Source: Synechococcus sp.
Lineage (GTDB): Bacteria; Cyanobacteriota; Cyanobacteriia; Thermostichales; PCC-7336
DNA: 17,997 nucleotides
NCBI GenBank assembly: GCA_051439425.1
Contig: JBFRWD010000097.1
Location: forward strand, 1 to 17,997
Direction: 5' to 3'
Notes under the pieces: model-generated
Told to the model about the DNA's origin: nothing
Seen by the model: the letters and a program-made list of their open reading frames with translations, nothing else
Database searches by the model: none
Made by a program: the position numbers and the translations under genes
Part shown: piece after piece, positions 1-7,578 of the stretch
Layout of the letters: every line of letters begins with the position of its first letter
Numbering within the stretch: position 1 is the first letter of the stretch

Positions 1-173
1 GTTCCCAGACGGCCCAATGCTTCGCTTGCCCCGTAGCGCACAGTCCGATCCCTATCCTGCAAGCATTTCACGAGTCCCAGAATCACCGTATCGGATGCAG
101 TTCCCAGACGGCCCAATGCTTCGCTTGCCCTGGAGCGCACAGCCGAATCCCCATCCTGCAAGCACTCCACGAG
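1..173. repeat. 99-bp-period intragenic tandem repeat encoding 33-aa HEAT repeats
   Basis: Bases 1-74 and 100-173 are near-identical (gttcccagacggcccaatgcttcgcttgccc...atcctgcaagca...cacgag). The array probably continues beyond the window edge. Confidence 0.9.
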
Positions 174-2441
174 CTTGTTGGTCGCTTCCTGTCGTTCGCC
201 AAGTGTCACTCTATAGAGTTGCAATCGAGTATCATCTGACAGCTGTTCTTTTAGCAGATCCAGAGCTTCTTGTTGAAAACGTGTTTCTCCAAGCGAACAG
301 AGACAGTTGTAGACTTGACTTCGAAGGCCTTGAGAGACTAATGGAGAATCTGTCACCTCCAGTTGTACTAGTCGCTCCAGAATTTGAGTAGCCAAGGCTT
401 TATCCGTTACAGGTATATCTTCCGCTAGGCAGCTACCAGCGAACAACAAGCAACGATGTAGCCACTGCTCATATTCTGATTCAGATTCAAGTATTGTTTT
501 TAGTATTTTCGAAGGATTCTTACGTACCTGTTGTGCTATCAATAGCAACAATGCCTCTCGCCAATGAGCTATATGCAAGTGTTGTTGGACATGATCTAGA
601 ACCTCTTGAAAGTCATCAGATTGGCGATAAAAGATCTCTTGAGCGGCTAAGTACTCTTGGAAAGTTTTATGGGCGAACGCATAGCACTCCTGGCCTTGTT
701 CGTTCATCAAGCCTGTTCTATTTCGAATATATTCAACAAAGCGTTCTGCTTCTCTCTCGGCGGAATGACGAGATAGGATTACATTTCTCTCTTCTAGAAT
801 ATCTAAGATGAATTTACGAATCTGCTCTAAAAGGTCTGTTCTTTCAATAAGCGTACCTTTCTCACGATCGTTTGTTTCAGCAAAATCATGAATCCAGTAA
901 GCCAGCATTTCCATCAGCCGACGAAAGTCATCAGGCACCAAATATTGAAGTCTTTGACTTTCTGGAATCTCTCTATCTACTGGAGACTTAAGCTTCTTGC
1001 CTTGGTCCCATCTTAATAAGAGCGTATTGACAGCTTTATCGTAGAGTTCATAGCGTTTTCGTGGTAAATATGCTTGATATCGATGAATCATTGCAACAAT
1101 TGTTAGTAGCAGCGGATTGCTCGATAGCAGCTTAATTCGATTATTTTGTTCAAGGGCTTCTAGCAGGCTTTTCTTACCTTCCAATGCTTCCTCAGGATCC
1201 AATTGACGCTTGTTATACCAGTTATCTATAAATAGTTCAATTTTAGGCTCATCAAACTTCTGAAGCTCAAAATGAGGATATCTATCCATTTGAAAAAAGC
1301 TGCGGCGATAGCCTGCTGGTCTTGATGTGATAATGGCTGGATTCTTCTCGTAGTCAGATAGATTCAAAAAACTTCTAATTCGGTTAACTACTTCTTGTCG
1401 TGTTGCATCATCTGCAACCTCATCTAAGCCATCAAGCAGAATCAAGGCTTTGCCGCGATTCAACCAATGCTCAAAAAATTCCTCGGGCAGCCGACAGACA
1501 GAAAGCGACCTTTCACAATATCTCTGTAGATATTCCAAAAAACTACAATCTTGCAATCTCAATACCCAATCGCGAATTCTTACCAGAATTGGCAACCAAT
1601 CATCTCCACTATCCAGTCCAATTTCTTCTGGCTTCCCCTCAGCAAGCTTGAGGGTGAAATATCTCAGAAGCGTTGTCTTTCCTGAACCTGGATCCCCTAA
1701 AATAACAAACCGACTACCATCACCTTGATTCAGTATTTTTGTTGCAGAGGTGATAGTGCCCATTTCTGTATCATTTTCAACTTCCAACTGCTGCTCTCGA
1801 ATGAGAGCCATTTGGCGACCTTCAGATTCTTCCAGTTCTAGTAATTCACGCTCTCTCGACACATAGTCTGTTTTAGGCGAATCCCCTCTTAGATCCGGAA
1901 CCACAAAGATATTTTCAAGTAATGCAACTTGGTCTTGTTCTCTCGATTCAACCGCAATACCAATGAACTCCACTTGCTGTAATCGATTGCACAACTGTTT
2001 TAGATATCGTTGCCTAGCTATCTGAAATCGTATTCCAACAGTCCGTTCAAAAAAGTCTTGACAGAATAAATCAACCCAAGAATTTAAGCCAATCTCATTC
2101 AATTCAAAATTTTTCTCTGCAGCAATACTCTTAAGCACCTCACAAAAAACATCTGAGTCTGGTAGCCCTTCGTTATCGAGTAGTTTTTCCAAACCACCCT
2201 GTACCTCAGAGTTCGTGAAGAAGGCTGAGAGGAGCTCATTGCGGTGACGGTCTTCACATTTTAAGAATAGGGATGTCTCTATATTTTCCTGCTGCTGACT
2301 CAAGGAATATGCAACACTAGCTTTGAAGGCACTTTTTAAGTCCTCCTGATTGAGGGTGCCCCCTAGTTTTTCCGCGACGAAAGATACTGTAGTGGCAATT
2401 GACGCGTCAACTACCATTCCGAGTGCAGATGCCATCACCAT
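1..2441 (-). CDS. NACHT-family STAND NTPase with C-terminal HEAT (PBS-lyase/alphaRep-like) repeats; NLR-like protein, 3' end beyond the window
   Basis: Manual translation of the minus strand from ATG 2441 (MVMASALGMVVDAS...) stays open to base 1 (>813 aa). It contains Walker A FVILGDPGSGKTT (GDPGSGKTT at 1697-1671), LPILVRIRDW, Walker B ALILLDGLDEV, IITSRPAGY, NPLLLTIVA, winged-helix YAFAHKTFQEYLAA and HWREALLL, then HEAT repeats LVECLQDGDSAVRSRASEALGRLG. Not in the ORF track because there is no stop codon in the window. Start could be 2435 or 2417. Confidence 0.93.
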   Translation of the reverse strand, partial: MVMASALGMVVDASIATTVSFVAEKLGGTLNQEDLKSAFKASVAYSLSQQQENIETSLFLKCEDRHRNELLSAFFTNSEVQGGLEKLLDNEGLPDSDVFCEVLKSIAAEKNFELNEIGLNSWVDLFCQDFFERTVGIRFQIARQRYLKQLCNRLQQVEFIGIAVESREQDQVALLENIFVVPDLRGDSPKTDYVSRERELLELEESEGRQMALIREQQLEVENDTEMGTITSATKILNQGDGSRFVILGDPGSGKTTLLRYFTLKLAEGKPEEIGLDSGDDWLPILVRIRDWVLRLQDCSFLEYLQRYCERSLSVCRLPEEFFEHWLNRGKALILLDGLDEVADDATRQEVVNRIRSFLNLSDYEKNPAIITSRPAGYRRSFFQMDRYPHFELQKFDEPKIELFIDNWYNKRQLDPEEALEGKKSLLEALEQNNRIKLLSSNPLLLTIVAMIHRYQAYLPRKRYELYDKAVNTLLLRWDQGKKLKSPVDREIPESQRLQYLVPDDFRRLMEMLAYWIHDFAETNDREKGTLIERTDLLEQIRKFILDILEERNVILSRHSAEREAERFVEYIRNRTGLMNEQGQECYAFAHKTFQEYLAAQEIFYRQSDDFQEVLDHVQQHLHIAHWREALLLLIAQQVRKNPSKILKTILESESEYEQWLHRCLLFAGSCLAEDIPVTDKALATQILERLVQLEVTDSPLVSQGLRSQVYNCLCSLGETRFQQEALDLLKEQLSDDTRLQLYRVTLGERQEATNKLVECLQDGDSAVRSRASEALGRLGTASDTVILGLVKCLQDRDRTVRYGASEALGRLG

Positions 2442-2650
2442 GCAAACTTTCCAAGTTCTCGCCTAGCTTGCTATTGTCTTCTCCAGATTAAGTATTGGCA
2501 ACAAATAAATGGGAATCAGAGAAGCTGGAAATCTTCATGAAGCAAGTGCCTCCGCCTAGATAAAACAGATCGTTAAGGCTATTGGCTCTCTTCCATTCAT
2601 TCCTAACTTAAAAGTCAAAATACTGCGTTCAAAATAAAAATTGTCCCAGA

Positions 2651-5122
2651 TTAATCAAACCTCGGGGGAAAAGTTAGAGGCGAAAGGGTATTTGGGTCGG
2701 CTGGGGCTGGGGCCGATAGTGGATCGCCAGCCGAGCCTTCGCCCTCTGATTCAGGATCGTCTGGTGTAGGGTCAAACGTCTCAATTGCCACTGCCTGCAC
2801 CACCTGCGTCCCGGTCGGACTGGTCACCTGAAGCATCAACGTCGTGGTTGTGGGCGACGGGCTCAGCGGTAACCGCAAGCTGCCTGACAGCGGCACATCC
2901 CCCGGAGACGGTAATAACTGCACGTTCGTCCCCTCGCTCCCCGTTGCCTCCCAATCTAGCGCCAACGGAGCGGGCAAAATCCCATCCTCAATCGGCAGCA
3001 AAATCTTGGGGGGAACCGGATCGCCGTTAACCGTAAACGTGACAATCTCGGGTGGAGGAGCGATCGCCACCGGGCCAATCCGACGCGACCGAGGCTGCGA
3101 CCCCGGCACACCTCCCGGACTCACCTGCAGTTCAATCGTGTAATCGCCCACCGTTCGAATGCCCGTCGGAACGTTTTGGCACACCAACTGTTCTTCAACG
3201 GTGCACTCCTCCTCCAACTCATCCGGTACCCCTTCCCGAAACGAAAACCGCAACGGTTCCCCCACCGGTTCGCCTGCCTGCTCGCCTTCTACAATTCGCA
3301 CAATCGCCCGCACATCCTGAATCTGCTCCGGTCGAGTGATGCTCCAATTCAAAGCAATTCCTGTTTCTTCCGCGATCTCCGGCCCCGTTGGCTGGTCATC
3401 CTCTGGCCCTTCCGGTACAGCGGTAGGTTCGGGAACTACAGTCTCATCTGGTAGCTGAGCTTCGTACAAAGCGCGATCGGTAGAGAAGTCGGTAATGCGA
3501 GGGGGTGGGGCAATAGAAATTTGCTCGGTTTGCTGCGTCTGCGATCGACTCCTTCGGGCTTTTCGAGGCGTCACAGTCAGTTCGAACACGTAGTCACCTG
3601 CCCGACGGGCATCGGTGCGAACCCCAGCACAAGAGAGGCGATCGCGATCTTGCGCGCAAAATGCTTCTAGCTCCTCTGGAACCCCACCAGCAAAGCTATA
3701 CCGCACGGGTTCGCTAGCCACCGTCCCGTCAGGGGCACGCCCGAGAATCTCTAGCTCGCGAATCCGATCGGGGCGATCGATTTGCCAACCCAAGCGCACC
3801 ACATCCCCATTGGCCACCGCCAAGCGGGTGTCCGACGCCGCAAAGTCCAAAATGGTGGGCGACGGAGGCGGAAACACAAACCACCGCAGAATCAGCAGCG
3901 CCAGCGTCGCTAAGACTACTAGGACCAACAGCGCCAGCGGCAGCAAATGCCACCAAGGTCGAGCTGTCCACAGCAATGTCGCCGGTAATCGCGGTGTCGT
4001 CACCGGATGCCGGTCGGGGTCGTCTAAATCGACCGTAAAACTGTATAGCCGCCCACCGCCCCAAAAGGGCCGTCGTCCGGTGGGTCGTACCTCTAGCGGC
4101 AGCAACCGCGTCTGCTTGGGAGCAAGATGCAGCTCCTCTGTTTCGAGGTCGTACTCGATCGCTGTCCTGTCACCCAAGCCAGCAATGGCCAACAGAATGT
4201 GGCGATCGCTATTGCCGTCATTCGTCACATCAATGCGATAGCGCCCCGGCTCGCTACCTACATTGGTGTGCAAGCTAAAAATATTGGCCTGCAGGCTATA
4301 GCTGGGCAGCACCTGTAGATACACCGGCTCTAGCAAGGCCAGGTCGGTGTTGGCTTCAGAATGCAATTGCAGCGTCGGGATGTAGCTACCCGCGATCGCC
4401 TCCAACGATGGGGCCAGCGTGACCAAAATACTTCCCCGCTCTCCGGGATTGAGGGGCAAGCTGTCCGCAATTTCAATCTCCCCCAACTCGGTCTCTTCCC
4501 GAGGATAGGAAATCTCCACCCAGTCCAACGGACAGTCCCGGCATGTCAGACGAAAGCGATCGACCTGTTGAGAGCGATTGTGCACCATGACCTGTAAGGC
4601 AATCGCCCCTCCCGGCTGTAAGGAAAAGGGGCGATCTGAACGGGAGGTAGGCTGAATGGAAAAGGTGGGGTCAGTGGATTGGGCAGCAGCTTGTAGCGGC
4701 TGCACCACTTGCAAAGACAGTTCGCGGGAAATCGGCGTGTCTTCCGGGTAGGCCTCTTGGGCGTCAATAATCAGGCGATAGCGATAGGTCCCCAGCAGCA
4801 CTCCGGCAGGCACGTGCATGTCAAATCGCACCTCCCCACTACGCTCTCTGGCCAGCGCCATGCTCTGGCGGGGATTACTCAGCCATTGCAGTAGCGGCGG
4901 AGACACTTCTTCAATCCAAACGTCGATCGCCGCACTGAGATCGCCACGATTGGTAATCGTCACCCCCAAACTAAAGTCCTCGCCAATGGCAACGCGATCG
5001 GCTCCGGTGGAGCTGAGCAGAATGGCGAGGGGATCGGTTTTCGGACTGCTGTTGAGATTGCCAGATGGGCTGCCAAGTGAGCTGCCAGATGGACTATTCG
5101 ATAGAGGGGCTGAGTCGTTCAT
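2651..5122 (-). CDS. Bitopic membrane protein, CIS-locus associated: three N-terminal Ig-like (COG1470-like) modules, one TM helix, two Cys-pair-containing Ig-like repeats and a C-terminal Ig-like/acidic tail
   Basis: 823-aa ORF. Repeated VxNxS/G...W...LxPG beta-sandwich-like motifs; TM WWHLLPLALLVLVVLATLALLILRWFVF; two internal repeats PPPxIxDF...W.I.RP..I...EP.R.SF..GVP.ELE..C...L.C..V.T..R..GDY..EL.V.P. Confidence 0.75.
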   Translation of the reverse strand: MNDSAPLSNSPSGSSLGSPSGNLNSSPKTDPLAILLSSTGADRVAIGEDFSLGVTITNRGDLSAAIDVWIEEVSPPLLQWLSNPRQSMALARERSGEVRFDMHVPAGVLLGTYRYRLIIDAQEAYPEDTPISRELSLQVVQPLQAAAQSTDPTFSIQPTSRSDRPFSLQPGGAIALQVMVHNRSQQVDRFRLTCRDCPLDWVEISYPREETELGEIEIADSLPLNPGERGSILVTLAPSLEAIAGSYIPTLQLHSEANTDLALLEPVYLQVLPSYSLQANIFSLHTNVGSEPGRYRIDVTNDGNSDRHILLAIAGLGDRTAIEYDLETEELHLAPKQTRLLPLEVRPTGRRPFWGGGRLYSFTVDLDDPDRHPVTTPRLPATLLWTARPWWHLLPLALLVLVVLATLALLILRWFVFPPPSPTILDFAASDTRLAVANGDVVRLGWQIDRPDRIRELEILGRAPDGTVASEPVRYSFAGGVPEELEAFCAQDRDRLSCAGVRTDARRAGDYVFELTVTPRKARRSRSQTQQTEQISIAPPPRITDFSTDRALYEAQLPDETVVPEPTAVPEGPEDDQPTGPEIAEETGIALNWSITRPEQIQDVRAIVRIVEGEQAGEPVGEPLRFSFREGVPDELEEECTVEEQLVCQNVPTGIRTVGDYTIELQVSPGGVPGSQPRSRRIGPVAIAPPPEIVTFTVNGDPVPPKILLPIEDGILPAPLALDWEATGSEGTNVQLLPSPGDVPLSGSLRLPLSPSPTTTTLMLQVTSPTGTQVVQAVAIETFDPTPDDPESEGEGSAGDPLSAPAPADPNTLSPLTFPPRFD

Positions 5123-5184
5123 GGCAGATCATCCATACGCCGATCGCTGCTCTCGCTGGACTGTATCATTCACATCGATAAAAA

Positions 5185-5219
5185 CCCGCTCAATCCCGCA
5201 ATGGCTTTAGGTTTGCGGG
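5185..5219 (-). other. Intergenic stem-loop (possible weak terminator or mRNA-stabilising hairpin)
   Basis: cccgcaa (5195-5201) pairs with ttgcggg (5213-5219). On the minus strand it is followed by a second gcggg and a T5 run, between the WD40 gene stop and the last operon gene. Confidence 0.3.
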
Positions 5220-5236
5220 CAGATGAATGCAATTGC

Positions 5237-7444
5237 TCACGGGCTCAGACAAGAGCCATGACTCTGGCCTTCGAGCGGGACAGAATTGAGCTGCACGCGC
5301 CGATCGCTACCGCCACTGGCCACCAACAAACGGTCTTGCAGGCGGACAATATCGACGCTGTTTATGCCCTGCCGCGATCGATGCAGTACCAGAGCCGATT
5401 CTTGCCTCCGCCCGCTCGTCCCACTGGCGTTGGCCAGCGACCACAGCACCACCTGCCCATCATCGCCACCGCTAACTAAATAGCAGCCATCCTCACTCAA
5501 CGCTAGCGATCGCACCGGCAATCCACCGTGCCCCGGCCAATCATCGGTTTCCCGCAAGCGGCAATTATCAGCCGTCGAGCAGTCACTCAAATCCCACAGC
5601 GAAATTCGACCGCGACTATCTGACACCGCCAAGATGTTAGGCCGGGCATCAGCGACCGTCACCGAGGTAATTACAGAACTATTGCCCGCCCGTGGGGACG
5701 GCACGGGGATGAACTCCTTCGACTCAAAATCCCATAGCGCTATCCGATTAAACTGACCGGCCACCGCCAAAAAGCGGCGGCTCCCCCCAGCAAACCTCAT
5801 CGATTCGATCGCAAAACCCGCCCGATCCACAAGCTGAGGGACTCGACTCACCAATTGAGCATCATTGGCCCCCAATCTCAGTTGCCAGCTAAAAATGCGC
5901 CCGCTGCCATGACCGCTAAATAACAGACGCGAATCTGGCTCGAATGCCAGCGCAAAGACACGATCGTCACGCCGATCGCCCCCATCAATTTGGGGGGCAA
6001 ACATCTCTAAATCCTGACCGGACACCAAATTCAGCAGTTGCATACTGCCGTTCTCGTACCCTGCCGCCAGCCAGTTATTGCCCACGGGTCGGTAACGCAC
6101 CACCCGCACCGCTTCATCCACTTCGGCCACAACCCCCTGTTCCACCAAACGATTGCCGCGAATTTGCCAGCGCCGAATCGAGCGATCGTCCGAGCCGCTG
6201 ACAAGTTCGGTGGCAGCACCGTTAAACCGCACCGTGCGCACGGGGGCAGAGTGATGGATGGGTTTAAGCAGACCGGGCAAAAGAGCAGCCAAGACTATCA
6301 GGGCGATCGCCCCGGCGTATTGCACCAGTAGCGGCATCACCGGCGACACCCGCACTTCCAGCGGCAGCATGTCTGGCTGCAACGGAACGCGGGCATCAGA
6401 CAGAGTCCCCGACACATCGAGATGGTAGCGACGAGTCCATCCCCACCAAGGCCGTCGATGGGGGGATACCAGTGTCACCCAGCCCGTTTCCCCTTCCTTG
6501 AGTTCGAGGCTGGTTGGGGTGATGCTGACCGATGGAGCAATAGGGCGGCAGTGCGATTGAGAACGACGATGGGATCCAGAACGGCGATGCGATCGAGATC
6601 TGTAGCGGGCCGAGAGACCGATCGCTTGAGGTAAATTGCTGCGATTGCTCACTTCCAGGTCGAAGACGGCCTCAGCCATACGGTTGTCTTGGCCGTCTTG
6701 GTTGGACTGCTCAAAAGACTGCAAGTGCTGACAGGGCCACTCACAATCCAAGCCAACTTCTGCGATCGGGAGCACGTCTAACGTGCCGGATGCCGTCACA
6801 TCCCCCGGCGCATCGATCGGGGCAATGGAAAACGGGTAGGTCTGGCTACGAGCAGTTGCCGCCGCAGGAATTTGACAGGGGAACGAGACGTCGAGACATT
6901 CCCCCTTGGCCAGTTTGATGCGCTGCAAATTGCCCTCCGGCAACCAGTCTGGCGGGAGTCCCCGACATTGCACCCCAATCGCCAGTGCCTGGGGATTGGG
7001 GTTCGTTATCCGAGCCCCCACATCCACCTCATCTCCAGGACGAGCTTGAAGAACTGGAGTCGTCACTTCCAGCTCTAGCGGCAACGTTGCACTACCCGCC
7101 AAACTGAGTCTCACCAACTGGCGCTCTTCCAAGTCCAGCTCAAGAGCAAGAATGCGCACCGTCAAATCTATATCGCCAGCAAAATGACGCACGGGGGCTT
7201 GCAAAATTTCGACCGTAAATTCAGCCCGATCGCCCGGTGGAACCTTCGCTCCAATCGCAGGAGTGAGGCGATACCACTGCCGTCCTTCTGTTTCCGCTCC
7301 AGCCGCCGTTACGTCCAACCGAAAGGTGGCAAATCGATCGCTGACATTCACCACTGTGGCCGTGAAACTTACCGGCGGCCCACTGGGGTCGTAGGTCAAC
7401 CGGTTGGGCCGGATGCTGGTGCTGGTGGCACTAGCCAGAGTCAT
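5237..7444 (-). CDS. Bitopic membrane protein: N-terminal Ig-like modules, TM helix, C-terminal WD40 beta-propeller
   Basis: 735-aa ORF with a GGGAGA RBS-like motif upstream. TM LLVQYAGAIALIVLAALLPGLL; WD40 repeats HSAPVRTVRF..LVSGSDDRSIRRW, LFSGHGSGRIFSW, GHGGLPVRSLALSEDGCYLVSGGDDGQVVLW, LVASGGSDRRVQL. Confidence 0.85.
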   Translation of the reverse strand: MTLASATSTSIRPNRLTYDPSGPPVSFTATVVNVSDRFATFRLDVTAAGAETEGRQWYRLTPAIGAKVPPGDRAEFTVEILQAPVRHFAGDIDLTVRILALELDLEERQLVRLSLAGSATLPLELEVTTPVLQARPGDEVDVGARITNPNPQALAIGVQCRGLPPDWLPEGNLQRIKLAKGECLDVSFPCQIPAAATARSQTYPFSIAPIDAPGDVTASGTLDVLPIAEVGLDCEWPCQHLQSFEQSNQDGQDNRMAEAVFDLEVSNRSNLPQAIGLSARYRSRSHRRSGSHRRSQSHCRPIAPSVSITPTSLELKEGETGWVTLVSPHRRPWWGWTRRYHLDVSGTLSDARVPLQPDMLPLEVRVSPVMPLLVQYAGAIALIVLAALLPGLLKPIHHSAPVRTVRFNGAATELVSGSDDRSIRRWQIRGNRLVEQGVVAEVDEAVRVVRYRPVGNNWLAAGYENGSMQLLNLVSGQDLEMFAPQIDGGDRRDDRVFALAFEPDSRLLFSGHGSGRIFSWQLRLGANDAQLVSRVPQLVDRAGFAIESMRFAGGSRRFLAVAGQFNRIALWDFESKEFIPVPSPRAGNSSVITSVTVADARPNILAVSDSRGRISLWDLSDCSTADNCRLRETDDWPGHGGLPVRSLALSEDGCYLVSGGDDGQVVLWSLANASGTSGRRQESALVLHRSRQGINSVDIVRLQDRLLVASGGSDRRVQLNSVPLEGQSHGSCLSP

Positions 7445-7468
7445 GCGGGGGTCTCCCTGAGGATGGTG

Positions 7469-7522
7469 GACTGTGAACGGTAGATAGACTGTGAATGGTA
7501 GATGGACTGTGAATGGTAGATA
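7469..7522. repeat. Intergenic 18-bp tandem repeat x3 (GACTGTGAAYGGTAGATR)
   Basis: gactgtgaacggtagata / gactgtgaatggtagatg / gactgtgaatggtagata, contiguous with no spacers, about 25 nt upstream of the WD40 gene start. Confidence 0.9.
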
Positions 7523-7578
7523 GGCGATTCGGAGCGAAGAGCGGAGTTTGAAACCCGAGACTGGTGACTAACGCGGGA

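Noticed and set aside
17..1728. Plus-strand ORFs 17..391, 494..811, 1400..1651 and 1450..1728
   Set aside because: They are antisense shadows of the NACHT-HEAT gene; the internal repeat in 17..391 only mirrors the HEAT repeats.
7469..7522. Possible mini-CRISPR array, or N-terminal extension of the WD40 protein
   Set aside because: The repeats are contiguous and only 18 bp, with no spacers and no cas genes. The upstream in-frame region reaches a TAG near 7570 without a start codon.
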